Below are positions 1 to 10,300 of a DNA stretch of 64,000 nucleotides, one piece after another. Positions within the stretch are counted from its first letter, which is position 1. Every line of letters starts with the position of its first letter. The stretch is from positions 16,720 through 80,719 of the forward strand of contig JAGWAL010000001.1 of NCBI GenBank assembly GCA_021296415.1, written 5' to 3'. This stretch comes from Acidimicrobiia bacterium. GTDB taxonomy: Bacteria > Actinomycetota > Acidimicrobiia > Acidimicrobiales > CATQHL01. A program made the translations under genes and the position numbers. The notes under the pieces were generated by a model that was given only the letters and a program-made list of their open reading frames with translations, searched no databases and was not told the DNA's origin.

Positions 1-99
1 CACGTCCGCCTGCACGGTGGGACGGTCCGCGTGACCGAGAGGGGTGACGGCATGCAGGGTGCGTGTTTCGTCGTCACGCTGCCGCTGGACGGCCGGTGA
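1..99 (+). CDS. C-terminal end of a sensor histidine kinase (HATPase_c), MtrB-like, truncated by the window edge
   Basis: Frame 1 reads HVRLHGGTVRVTERGDGMQGACFVVTLPLDGR*, a typical HATPase_c terminus; the stop overlaps the GTG of the GerMN gene (GTGA). Confidence 0.75.
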   Translation, partial: HVRLHGGTVRVTERGDGMQGACFVVTLPLDGR

Positions 100-710
100 A
101 TCCCGACCGCACACGGCGGCCCGCGCCACCGGCACGCCGAGCGGCGCTGGGACTCCTGGGCGCGCTCGCGCTCACAGCCGGGGCGTGCGGGGTCCCGCAG
201 GATCCGGCACCCCGCGTGCTGGACGCCTCGGAACTGCCGGAGGAGTTGGCCGTACCGTCAACCACCACGACCTCCACCCAGCCTCCGGTGCCACGCCAAG
301 CCGTCAACCTCTACTTCGTGGACGGCGAGGCTCTCGGGGTGCCGGTCGAACGCGATCTGGCCACCCCCGCAGGGCCGATCGCGGCCCTCGAGGCTCTCAT
401 AGCCGGACCGACGGCCGAAGAGGCCTCCGCCGGTCTCACGTCGGTGATTCCGGTCGAGATGGTCATTCGCACGAGCGATCTAACCGACGGCGTGCTGCGC
501 GTCGACCTGGCGGCGGGGGCACTCGAGCAGATCGAGGGCGAGCTGCAGCGCCTGGCGATCGCGCAACTGGTCTACACCGCGACCGAACTGGCCGGCGTGG
601 AATGGCTCTGGGTGCTCATCGAGGGCGAGCCGCGTGCCCTGCCCACCGACGAGGGCGACGTGGAAGCACCCGTGGGCCGGGTCCACTACGCCTCCCTGGG
701 GCCCGCGTAG
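96..710 (+). CDS. GerMN domain lipoprotein (LpqB-like)
   Basis: Lipobox-like AGAC, Thr-rich linker, LYFV...ALEALIAGPT..E, RLAIAQLVYTAT; lies directly after a kinase as in mtrB-lpqB. Confidence 0.8.
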   Translation: MNPDRTRRPAPPARRAALGLLGALALTAGACGVPQDPAPRVLDASELPEELAVPSTTTTSTQPPVPRQAVNLYFVDGEALGVPVERDLATPAGPIAALEALIAGPTAEEASAGLTSVIPVEMVIRTSDLTDGVLRVDLAAGALEQIEGELQRLAIAQLVYTATELAGVEWLWVLIEGEPRALPTDEGDVEAPVGRVHYASLGPA

Positions 711-724
711 GCCCAGCGGCACCC

Positions 725-1756
725 CTACGAGAGGCAGGCCTGCGCCACCTGCCAGAGATCGGCGGGGATGGGTTTCAGTGCGGCCGTCGCCTCCGCCAGG
801 GGCACCAGCGCAAGGCCCCCTCCCCGCACGGCCACCATCTGCCCGAACGCGCCCTCGTGGGTGGCATCCACTGCGGCGACCCCGAAGGACGTGCACAGGA
901 CGCGATCGAAGGCGGTCGGCGTGCCGCCCCGCTGGACGTGACCCAGCACCGTCACCCGGGTCTCCAAGGCGGTCCGCGCTTCGATCTCGGATGCGACGAT
1001 GGCGCCGATGCCGCCGAGGCGCGCGTGCCCGTACTCGTCGACACCCGGCTCCGGTATCTCCAGCGTGCCCGCCATCGGCCGCGCCCCCTCCGCCACGACG
1101 ACGACCGACGAGCGAGTCCCGCCCTCGTGCAGGCGCTGCAGATCCCCGCTGACGGCGGCGATGTCGAAGGGTCTCTCCGGAACCAGGATCGCCGCGGCGC
1201 CACCGGCGATACCCGCCCACAGCGCCACGTGGCCGGCGTGGCGGCCCATCACCTCGACGACCATGACGCGGTTGTGGGATTCGGCGGTCGTGTGGAGACG
1301 ATCGATGGCGTCGGTGGCCGTCTGCACCGCCGTCTCGAAGCCGAACGTCAGCTGGGTCACACCCACGTCGTTGTCGATGGTCTTGGGCACGCCGACCAAT
1401 CGCACACCATGGTCGCGGTGCAACCTGTTGGCGACGCTCAGGGTCCCCTCGCCACCCACCACGATCAGCCCCTCGACACCGCGGCGCTGCAGCGCCTCGA
1501 CCGCCCGGCGAGGACCGTCGGCGGTCGTGTAAGGCTGAATCCTCGATGTCCCGAGGATGGTCCCGCCCCGCGACAGGATCCTCGAGGCCCGCTCGGGCGC
1601 GATCACGAACCCCTCGTCGTCGATGACGCCGCGCCAGCCGTCGCGGAACCCCACAACCTCGTCGTTCCAGCGGCGTCCGCCGTGCAGCACGACGGCACGT
1701 ATGACGGCGTTCAGCCCCGGGCAGTCCCCACCGCCGGTCAGGATGCCGAGGCGCAA
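725..1756 (-). CDS. pfkA: 6-phosphofructokinase
   Basis: LTGGGDCPGLN, GGTILGTSR, PKTIDND, EVMGRHAG, LGHVQRGG; start re-called at TTG 1756. Confidence 0.95.
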   Translation of the reverse strand: MRLGILTGGGDCPGLNAVIRAVVLHGGRRWNDEVVGFRDGWRGVIDDEGFVIAPERASRILSRGGTILGTSRIQPYTTADGPRRAVEALQRRGVEGLIVVGGEGTLSVANRLHRDHGVRLVGVPKTIDNDVGVTQLTFGFETAVQTATDAIDRLHTTAESHNRVMVVEVMGRHAGHVALWAGIAGGAAAILVPERPFDIAAVSGDLQRLHEGGTRSSVVVVAEGARPMAGTLEIPEPGVDEYGHARLGGIGAIVASEIEARTALETRVTVLGHVQRGGTPTAFDRVLCTSFGVAAVDATHEGAFGQMVAVRGGGLALVPLAEATAALKPIPADLWQVAQACLS

Positions 1757-1763
1757 TGTGAAC

Positions 1764-2939
1764 TCAGGCGAGCGCGGGCATCGCCTTGCGCAGGTTTCGG
1801 ACCGCCTGGCTGATGCGCTGCTCGTTCTCGATGAGTGCGAAGCGCACGTGGCCCTCGCCGCCCGGCCCGAACCCGCGACCCGGCGAGACGGCCACCTTCG
1901 CCTCGGTGACCAGGAACGAGGCGAAGGCCACCGAGTCCATGTGGCTGTAGGCGTCCGGAATCGGCGCCCAGACGAACATCGTGCCGCGGGGCGGATCGAC
2001 GTGCCAGCCGATCCGGGCGAGGCCCTCGCAGAGGCTGTCACGACGGCTCTGGTACGCCTCGTTCACGAGCTTCGGATAGTCCGCGGCCTCGTTGAGCGTC
2101 ACCGTGGCGGCGATCTGCACCGGCTGGAAGGTGCCGTAGTCCAGATACGACTTCAGCTTCGCCAGCGCGGCCACGACATCGGCGTTGCCGAGCATGAAGG
2201 CCACCCGCCAGCCGGCCATCGAGAAGGACTTGGTGAGGGAGTAGAACTCCACGGCCACGTCGGTGGCACCGCTCGCCTGCAGGATCGAGGGCGGCCGGTA
2301 ACCGTCGAAGGCGATGTCGGCGTAGGCGAAGTCATGGACGATGAGGACGTCGTGAGCCCGGGCGAAGTCCACGACCCGCTGCATGAACTCCAGATCGACG
2401 CAGGTCGTGGTGGGGTTGTGCGGGAACGACAGGAGGATGACCCGCGGCTTGGGCCACGAGTATTCCCAGCGCTGCCGCAGAACCTCGTCGAGGTCGTCGC
2501 CGACCGACAGCGGTATCTCCCGAACCTCCGCGCCGGCGAAGAGCGGCGAGTACAGATGGATGGGATACGACGGGGCCGGGACGAGCACCGCGTCGCCGGG
2601 CTGCAGCAGGACCCACATGAGATGCGAGAGTCCCTCCTTGGCGCCGATCGTGTTGATGATCTGCGTCTCGGGGTCGAGTTCCACGCCGAACCGGCGCAGG
2701 TAGAGGTCCGAGACCGCACTCCGCAGTTTGGGGATTCCCCGACTCAGCGAGTAGCGGTGGTTGCGGGGGTTGCGGGCGGCCTCGGCCAGCTTCTCCACCG
2801 CCACGTCCGGCGACGGCAGATCCGGGTTCCCGAAGCCGAGGTCGATGATGTCCTCGCCGCGGCGTCGGCCCTCCACCTTCAGCCGGTCGATCACGGAGAA
2901 GACGTAGGGAGGGAGGTTGGTTATGCGCCGGAACTCCAC
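1764..2939 (-). CDS. PLP-dependent class I/II aminotransferase (AlaC/DapL-like)
   Basis: LPPYVF, IDLGFGNPD, FPHNPT, HDFAY, SLTKSFSMAGWR (PLP lysine). Confidence 0.9.
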   Translation of the reverse strand: MEFRRITNLPPYVFSVIDRLKVEGRRRGEDIIDLGFGNPDLPSPDVAVEKLAEAARNPRNHRYSLSRGIPKLRSAVSDLYLRRFGVELDPETQIINTIGAKEGLSHLMWVLLQPGDAVLVPAPSYPIHLYSPLFAGAEVREIPLSVGDDLDEVLRQRWEYSWPKPRVILLSFPHNPTTTCVDLEFMQRVVDFARAHDVLIVHDFAYADIAFDGYRPPSILQASGATDVAVEFYSLTKSFSMAGWRVAFMLGNADVVAALAKLKSYLDYGTFQPVQIAATVTLNEAADYPKLVNEAYQSRRDSLCEGLARIGWHVDPPRGTMFVWAPIPDAYSHMDSVAFASFLVTEAKVAVSPGRGFGPGGEGHVRFALIENEQRISQAVRNLRKAMPALA

Positions 2940-2949
2940 GCCACCGAGG

Positions 2950-3942
2950 CTAGCGAGCGCGCATGGCGCGGCTGTGCACTTCGGGCGTCTCGAGGAGGTC
3001 CCGAGCAAGCAGCGCCGCTCCGATGGCTCCCGCCCTGTCGCCGTATTGCGCCACCCGGAGTCCCACAGGCGTTCGTTGGCGATGCTCCAGGTAGACCTCC
3101 TCCAGGGCGTCGCGGACGGGCGCAAGCAACACCTCCCCGAGTTCGGACAGGCCCCCGCCCAGAACGACCACCTCCGGGGACAGCAGCAGGATCAGGTTGT
3201 TCAGCCCCAGGGCCACCCAGCCGGCGAACTCGCTCAGCAGTCGCCGGGCGACCGGATCGCCCGCCGCGGCCAGCTCACCCACGTGCTCGCCGCGGATGTC
3301 CGCCAGGCGCCCGCCGACCCGCTCGGCGAGCGCCGGTGCCTTCCCGGCGCGGGCGGCATCCCGGGCCGCCCTGCCCAGCGCCTCGCCGGAGGCCAGCTGC
3401 TCCCAGCAGCCCCGGCGCCCGCACAGGCATTCGGGTCCGCCGGGCGCCACGATCATGTGACCGGCCTCGCCGGCCAGGCCATCGGCGCCGCGCCGGATCT
3501 CGCCGTCCAGAGCGAGCGCCGCCCCGATACCCGTCCCGAACGTCGCCAGCAGCGCGTTGGCGACGCCGGCCGCCGCGCCGCAGGCCATCTCGGCGCGCAG
3601 AGCGGCGGTGGCGTCGTTGTCCACGGCCACCGGACGGCCCAAACGCTCGGCCAGCATCGCCCGCAGCGGGAAGTCCCGGATCGCGGGGATGTTGGGCGAG
3701 GTCGCCACGCTCCCCGAGCGGTTCACGAGTCCGGCGCACCCCACACCCACCGCGGCGACACCGTGGGAGTCTTCGTCTTCGATGGCGCCCACCATCTCGC
3801 AGATGGCGTCGACGATGCCGTCCATGCTCGGGGGTCGGATGCGGCGCCGGGTCACAGTGGCCGGCAGGGCTGCCGAGCCGATCACCTCGGCACGGATGTT
3901 GGTCCCGCCGACATCGAAGCCAGCCGCCGGCGGAGTCGTCAC
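2950..3942 (-). CDS. ROK family sugar kinase (glucokinase-like)
   Basis: DVGGT, DNDAT, GTGIG, GEAGH, CxCGxxGCxE. Confidence 0.9.
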   Translation of the reverse strand: MTTPPAAGFDVGGTNIRAEVIGSAALPATVTRRRIRPPSMDGIVDAICEMVGAIEDEDSHGVAAVGVGCAGLVNRSGSVATSPNIPAIRDFPLRAMLAERLGRPVAVDNDATAALRAEMACGAAAGVANALLATFGTGIGAALALDGEIRRGADGLAGEAGHMIVAPGGPECLCGRRGCWEQLASGEALGRAARDAARAGKAPALAERVGGRLADIRGEHVGELAAAGDPVARRLLSEFAGWVALGLNNLILLLSPEVVVLGGGLSELGEVLLAPVRDALEEVYLEHRQRTPVGLRVAQYGDRAGAIGAALLARDLLETPEVHSRAMRAR

Positions 3943-4018
3943 CCGGCAGGCGTCCGCGCCCCGGAGGTGGCCCGGGCCGAGACCACTCGCATGTGGCGGT
4001 CGCCGTGACCTCTGAGGC

Positions 4019-4492
4019 TCAGCCGCGGCCGGGTGCCTTGCCGGCGACGACCGACTCGACGCGGCGACGGAGTTGGTCCAGAGCCGTCTGCATGATCCGG
4101 GATGCCGCACGACGCTTGACGAACCCCGGCAGCGGGACGGCCGGTTCCGCGGCGATGGAGTACGTGATGAGAGTCTTCCCCCCGTCATCGGAGGAAGGCG
4201 CCAGTTCGTACTCGCCGTCGATGTGACGGACCTGGTCACCCTTCACGAGCCGCCAGGCGACCCGCAGCGGATTCGAGCCGTAGAAGTACTTGAGGGTGTA
4301 CGTGACGCTCCGCCCCATGGCGGCGGCCCGGAACGCCACGAGCCCGCCGTGGCCGTTGTCGTCGCGCCGGAGAACCCGCGCCTCCTTGATGTCGGGAGCC
4401 CACTGCGGGTAGCGCTCGAAGTCGATGACGACGTCGAAGCAGTCAGCAGGCGAGGCGTTCACGAGTATCTGGCGCGTTGAGAACTCAATCAT
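4019..4492 (-). CDS. SRPBCC/START (polyketide cyclase/RatA-like) protein
   Basis: DFERYPQWAPDI, LPGFVKRRAA; usually next to a ROK glucokinase in actinobacteria. Confidence 0.85.
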   Translation of the reverse strand: MIEFSTRQILVNASPADCFDVVIDFERYPQWAPDIKEARVLRRDDNGHGGLVAFRAAAMGRSVTYTLKYFYGSNPLRVAWRLVKGDQVRHIDGEYELAPSSDDGGKTLITYSIAAEPAVPLPGFVKRRAASRIMQTALDQLRRRVESVVAGKAPGRG

Positions 4493-4493
4493 T

Positions 4494-4937
4494 TCACTTC
4501 CGCCCCGAAGGGAGGGACCGAGGAGGGAACACCCCGAAGGACGCACCCCACAGACCGATGAGACCCAAACCGTACACGCCCGCAAGAATACCGAATGCCA
4601 GCACGCCGAAGGGGCGCAACGCGGCACCCGTCAGCCCGGCGGCGAACTGCAGGCCGGTCGTGATCCGGAACTCCGCTCGCAGCGCCGGCGAGGCGCCGGG
4701 CATCTGCAGGAACGCCGCCAGGGTCGAGATCCTCTCGCTGCGACTCCGCCGCACGGCCAGCACGTACGCCCGCCCGTAGGCCGCACAGCCGGCGGCGAAC
4801 AGAACGAGTGCGGTGACCTGTGCCGCCGGCCCCGCGCCCTCGGGCCACACCACGCCGAGCGCGGTGACCGTGCAGAACACAGTTGAGCCGGTGCGGCCGG
4901 CGATCACGAGTCGCCGGCGGCGCCGTGGCAGGTTCAA
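4494..4937 (-). CDS. small membrane protein, hypothetical
   Basis: About four hydrophobic segments; overlaps the stop of the glycosyltransferase. Confidence 0.65.
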   Translation of the reverse strand: MNLPRRRRRLVIAGRTGSTVFCTVTALGVVWPEGAGPAAQVTALVLFAAGCAAYGRAYVLAVRRSRSERISTLAAFLQMPGASPALRAEFRITTGLQFAAGLTGAALRPFGVLAFGILAGVYGLGLIGLWGASFGVFPPRSLPSGRK

Positions 4938-6094
4938 CTCAACACGTGGCGCAGGCGCCGGGCGAGGTGGTCATAGGAGAAGCCTTCCTCGGCACGTTGG
5001 CGCGCCCGGCGGCCCAGGCGCCGACGGCGCTCGGGATCATCCAGCAGCGCGGCCAGGGTGTCGGCCACCGCCTCGACATCGTCGGGATCCTCGACCACCA
5101 GACCGCCCTCGCCGTGCTCGACGGCCTCCGCCGCTCCCCCGCTGTCACCCGCCACCTGTGCGGTGCCCGCGGCGGCCGCTTCGAGGAATACGATGCCGAA
5201 CCCTTCCTGCTCGAGCCCGAACCAGCGCTTGCGGCAAAGCATGGCGAACAGGTCCGACGCCCCGTAGAGATCGGCCAGAGCATCCTCGCCGACCCGGCCG
5301 AGGAGTCGCGCGGGTGCCCCGGTGCGCCGCACGAGCGCCTCCAGGCGCCCGGCGTCCCGCCCGGTCCCGGCAATGAGGAGGCGCAAACCCGGCCGCGCCG
5401 GGGCCAGCCGGGCCACGGCCTCGATCAGCCGGTCCATGCCCTTGCGGGGAACCAGCCGGCTGACGCTCAGCACCAGGACCTCCTCGTCGGTCACACCGAG
5501 CCGCCGGCGCACCTGCCGGCGCTGTGCGCCGTCCAGCGGCACGAAGCGCCGTGTGTCGACGCCGGGTGGGACGTAGTCGTCGGGAACCATCGCCGGGCAG
5601 AGGCGGCGCGCCTCGCCGGCGGCGTAGCCGCTGGCGGAGATCACGATCTCCGCCCCCGCCAGGGTTCGCCGCAGCAGCGCGGCAACGCCCGGCAGGCGCG
5701 CCGGCACCGTCACCTCCGCCCCGTGCAGGACGACCCCGTAGGGAACGTCGAGGCGGGGTCCCAGGGCGCCCACGGGCACGGCCGGATCGAAGACCACCAG
5801 TTCCGCGGCGGTCGACGCCAGCAACTCGCGGATCTCGGCCAGCACCTTCGGCACGGGCAGCAGGAAGGGCACCGCGCTCCGCACGATGGGGTAGTCCTCG
5901 CCGACGTCGAACGCCCCGGCCTGGGGATGGGGGCGGGTGAGCACGCAGAAGCGATCCGCCGGGAGCCGCCTCCAGAGTTCCCACAGGTAGTTCTGGATCC
6001 CGCCAACCTTCGGCGGGAAGTCGTTGGTGACCAGGAGATGCCGTCGAACCTGTGCCTCACCGGAGCCGGTGGGCCCCGCAGCCGGGCTGCTCAC
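4934..6094 (-). CDS. GT4 glycosyltransferase (PimB-like phosphatidylinositol mannosyltransferase)
   Basis: VTNDFPPKVGGIQ, SRLVPRKG, EGFGIVFLEAAA. Confidence 0.9.
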   Translation of the reverse strand: MSSPAAGPTGSGEAQVRRHLLVTNDFPPKVGGIQNYLWELWRRLPADRFCVLTRPHPQAGAFDVGEDYPIVRSAVPFLLPVPKVLAEIRELLASTAAELVVFDPAVPVGALGPRLDVPYGVVLHGAEVTVPARLPGVAALLRRTLAGAEIVISASGYAAGEARRLCPAMVPDDYVPPGVDTRRFVPLDGAQRRQVRRRLGVTDEEVLVLSVSRLVPRKGMDRLIEAVARLAPARPGLRLLIAGTGRDAGRLEALVRRTGAPARLLGRVGEDALADLYGASDLFAMLCRKRWFGLEQEGFGIVFLEAAAAGTAQVAGDSGGAAEAVEHGEGGLVVEDPDDVEAVADTLAALLDDPERRRRLGRRARQRAEEGFSYDHLARRLRHVLS

Positions 6095-7203
6095 TGCTCC
6101 GGCCCTGCGGTACCGACGGCGTCGCCAGGTTCGTCGGGGAGGCCGTCCCGCCGTTCATGCCGGCCGAGGCCGGAATCCACGTCGAGCCCCAGGCGCTGCG
6201 CCGCCCAGGCGGCGTGGCGCGCCAGCATCGCATCGGAATGCTGCTGGTAGCAGCGCACCGTGTCGATGACCGTCGGGTCCGATCCGTCGGCGACGTTGCC
6301 CAGCACGATCAGCGCGTTGCGACGCAGGTAGCGCGGATCGCGCGCCGGGACGTACCAGCGGCCGTGGCGCGCCATCAACTCGTCGTCACCGGCCGCCAGC
6401 AGGTCGAGGACGTCGACGGACGCCTGCTCCCCGGGCCGTGCCGCTTCGCCGGCGCCCCGGTTGGGCGGGCACACCTCCTGGCAGTCGTCGCAGCCGTAGA
6501 GCCGGTCGCCGAGGGCCGTGCGGTACTCCTCCGGGAAGTCGCCCCTGGCCTGCAGGAGCCACGCCAGGCAGCGGCGCGCGTCGACCACCCCGGGGGCGAC
6601 GATGGCAGCCGTCGGGCAGCCGTCCAGGCAGCGCCGGCACGGTCCGCACCCGTCGGGCACGCGCTCGGCGGCGGGCCGGAGCGGTGCGTCGGTCACCACC
6701 GAACCCAGCACGAACCAACTCCCCGCCCCAGCCAGCAGCAGGTTGCTGTTCTTGCCGTAGTGGCCCAGGCCGGCCCGGTAGGCGGCCTCGCGGTCCACGA
6801 GCGCGTTGTCATCGGCGACCACGACCGCCCGGTGGCCCCGCTCGATCAGCAGCCGCGCCACGACCGCCAGGGCGCTCCGGAGTTCCCCGTAGACATCGCC
6901 GGTGGCATAGCGGGCCACACGCGCCGTCGGGCGCCCGTCGCGGCCATCCGGCGCGGCCGGCTGCGCGTAGCCGAGGGCACCCACCACCAGAGCCGCCGAG
7001 CCGGGGAGGATCCGCGCCGGATCGGTGGAGCGCTCCGGATTCCGGTAGGTGAACTGCATGCCACCGTGGAGGCCCTCCGCCTTGCGCTCGAAGAGGAAGC
7101 TCCGCGTATCCTCGAACCGCTCCACCGCGGCAACACCGACGGCGGCCAGGCCCGCCCGCCGTCCGGCCTCCAGGACATCGCGTCGCAAGAGCCCGGGCGG
7201 CAT
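6091..7203 (-). CDS. queG: tRNA epoxyqueuosine(34) reductase
   Basis: VARYA, DREAAYRAGLG.YGKN, GSWFVLG, CxxCxxCxxxCP, DARRC, GCDDCQEVCP; start uncertain (7203-7299). Confidence 0.92.
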   Translation of the reverse strand: MPPGLLRRDVLEAGRRAGLAAVGVAAVERFEDTRSFLFERKAEGLHGGMQFTYRNPERSTDPARILPGSAALVVGALGYAQPAAPDGRDGRPTARVARYATGDVYGELRSALAVVARLLIERGHRAVVVADDNALVDREAAYRAGLGHYGKNSNLLLAGAGSWFVLGSVVTDAPLRPAAERVPDGCGPCRRCLDGCPTAAIVAPGVVDARRCLAWLLQARGDFPEEYRTALGDRLYGCDDCQEVCPPNRGAGEAARPGEQASVDVLDLLAAGDDELMARHGRWYVPARDPRYLRRNALIVLGNVADGSDPTVIDTVRCYQQHSDAMLARHAAWAAQRLGLDVDSGLGRHERRDGLPDEPGDAVGTAGPEQ

Positions 7204-7342
7204 CTCCCGCGCCGGCCCGCTCCCATTCCCACGGGGCACGACTCGCACCGGGGTCGGCCGCAGCGGGCCGCCGTGTCGCTCGATGCGTCCGGCCGGCACC
7301 CTCTGAGCGTAGGCGTCACCGGCACGACCACGGCCTCGACCT

Positions 7343-10300
7343 CTACTCGGAGACCCCCCGGGAGGGTGTCAGGTGCAGCCGGGCTCGACGCCGCTGCTCG
7401 TAGAGACCGAGTGCGTGGAGGGGGAAGTACTGTCGATACAGGGCGTAGTCCACCAGCGCCGTGCGGAAGAACAAGCCGGCCATGTCCTGTTTGGGCCATT
7501 GCCCATCCTCGTCCTGGGTGTCGAGCAGGAACCGGGCGCCCTGCGTGATCGCCGTCCAGTTCGAATCGTCCGCCTCGAGCAGAGCGAGCATCGCCCAGGC
7601 GGTCTGGACGACCTGGCTCTCCTCGTGCTCGACGTAGCGGCCGGCCCGGCAGCCGCTGTGGTGCTCGCCCCATCCCCCGTCGGGCCGCTGGCGATCCAGC
7701 AGCCACCGGCACGCCAGACGCAGCGCCGGATCGCCGGGACCGGCCCCGGCGGCAAGCAGGCCCCTGACCCCGAAGAAGGTGCCATAGATGAACTGAACGC
7801 CCCACGCGCCGCGCCACGACCCGTCGGTCTCCTGGGTCCGGCGAAGCCAGGCGCCGGCTTGTGAGACCGCGCTCAGCACCTCCGGATCGGCGAGTTCCGG
7901 GGCGTGTTCCCGACAGGCACTCAACGCGGCGAGACACGAGGCGGTGCACTCGACGTAGGAACGCTCGGTCATCGAGTCGCCGAACATCTCGGCCGGATTC
8001 AGCCACTCGAGGCCAACCGCGGAGCGTCGTGCCTCATAGCTGCCGAACCCGCCGTCGCGGTTCTGACCACGCAACATGAAACGAACCGCATCGCCGAGCA
8101 CCGCCGTGCTCGTGGCCTCGCGGTCGGCGGCGAGCATTCCCAGCACCGCTTCCGCCGTGCAGTCGGTCACCGGCCAGCCATGCCACTTCCCCGCCAGGCA
8201 CCAGCCGCCTCTGGGATCGGTCCGGTGAGCCTCGCCGAATCCGTCGAAGCTGGCGCCGATCTGCTCGCGGCGCACGAAGTCGGCGCCGCGTCGCAGTGCG
8301 GTGCCGACGCCGTCGAGCTCCGGCACGGTCGCCAGCGCCTGCAGGGAAAACCCGGAGTCCCACACGGCGCTTCTCGCTCCGGTGAGGCGTGTTCCGCCCG
8401 CCTCGTCCTCCCAGATCCAGCCCTCCAGGCGCGCCAGAGCCTGCCGGCAGTCGGCGTCGTCGGGGTCGCGCAGCCACAGGGCGAGGATGTTGAGGAGACC
8501 GCTGACCGGGGAGATGCTCCGATGGGTGGTGGCTTTCAGTTCCCACCTGATGTGCCGGATGATCTCCTCGGTACACCGGGCGCGCCGCCGCTTGCCACCG
8601 AACCGGTCGTACAACAGCGCGAGCCCGTAGCCTGCTCGGAGCCACACCCCGGGCCGGGCGAAGAGGTCGCCGTCCCGCAGGCGATTGCGACCCGACGAGA
8701 ACTTCACGTTGGCAAACCCCTGTGGGAACAGTTCCTCCCGTATGGAGGCCACCGCGGGCATCACGGGGGCCTGGAAACGGAGCGGCTGGATGGCCGCCAT
8801 CGCCATGTAGATGAGCCGGGTATGGCAGTACCACTTCGAAGGATGCAACGGCAACCAGCGCGGCAGGCCCCACAGTTCGGGTAGGACGGCGTTCACCCCG
8901 CGCCAGTCGTAGAGGCCAACGAGCGCCAGCCAGAATTTCCCCCAGCTCGGGATGCCGAGGACACCCTCTGCCTGCAGGAATCGCCGCGCCGGCTGGACCA
9001 ACGGGTCGTCTCGCTCGACACCGAGCAGTCTCGCCGCAACGTAGACCAGGGTCGTGACGAACAGGTGGGGTTGTGCGTGCTCGTGCAAGCCCCACAGGCC
9101 TCCTTCGAGGCGGGATTGCTCGAAGTAGCGCAGCACCCGCCGACGCCGGCCGGGATCGAGCGGACGATCGACGATGTGGTGCAGCAGCACGTACTGCGCG
9201 GTGAGCATGGGGCACCACACCATCTCGCCCTCCCAGGCACCGTCAACACCCTGGAGACTCACGAGGCGCGTGCTGGCGCTCCGCAGTGCGGGGCCGGCGT
9301 CGGGTGACGCAGCCTCCTCCGGACGGCTGAGCCGGCGGTTGCCGGCTCTCGATGGTATGGAGATCAGGAGCGCGCGGGCCAAGGTGTCCCGAACTTGCTC
9401 GTCATTCCGTCCATCGGTGTTTCGCGCCTTGCGCAACTGCCGCAACCCGCGGAGGAGCCATCCGATGCGAAACACGAGCGCACGCACGATGTCGCGGGCC
9501 CGACGCCAGGCGGTTTGGTCGCAGGATCTCGGAATCTCACCGACGATCGCCCGGGCCGCCATCGCGCTGCACGCCAGACCCAGACTGGCTATCGATGTGT
9601 CCTCACAGGCGAGCAGACGAATGGTCCGGCTGCGGACCGCGGGACTCTCCCGCCAACGCCGGTAGACCGCGTGCCTCAGCGCCACGGACTCCACCCGATG
9701 ATCCGCGAAGACCTCGTACAGCCCCATGGCGAGGAGTTCCGGCGCACGGGTCGCCTGGCAACGCCGGTTGGTGAAGTCGCGAAAGTCCCTTCCTTCGGCC
9801 AGTGCCAGCGCATCGCCGAAACCGAGGGTCATCCCCACCGCCGTCAGCGGGTGGTAGTGCCCGGCCGCATCCCCGATGAGAACCCGCCGTGGACTCCCGT
9901 ACGTGGCGCGCGGCCGCAGCGCGTTGGCCGCGGCGAGGAATCTCCGCTCCCGCAGCGCGTCGACGAACGCAGGCGCGAGCGATTCCGGCATCCAGCCCGC
10001 ATACGAGTCCGACATCACGGCAAACAGGTCCTGCGCCGAGTACCCCAAGGGGACGTCGACTATGACCCGAACGGCATCCTCCCCCAGGCGATAGATGAGA
10101 ATCGGGCCCGGTCCCCCGCAGACCACGTGCCCGTAACCCTCCAGCGGCAGGTTCACTCCATGCAGTGCGATCCCCATCATCCGCGAGCAGTTCCGGGGAC
10201 TCGTCCACAGACCCAATGATCGACGCACGATCGAGGTCCGGCCGTCCGCGCCGACGATCAGCGCGGCCTCGAGGGATTCATCGGCGCCGTTGCGGGTGAA

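Noticed and set aside
7343..9300. Squalene-hopene cyclase (hopanoid) call
   Set aside because: The catalytic motif is DCTAE, not DXDD, and the domain is fused to a squalene epoxidase.
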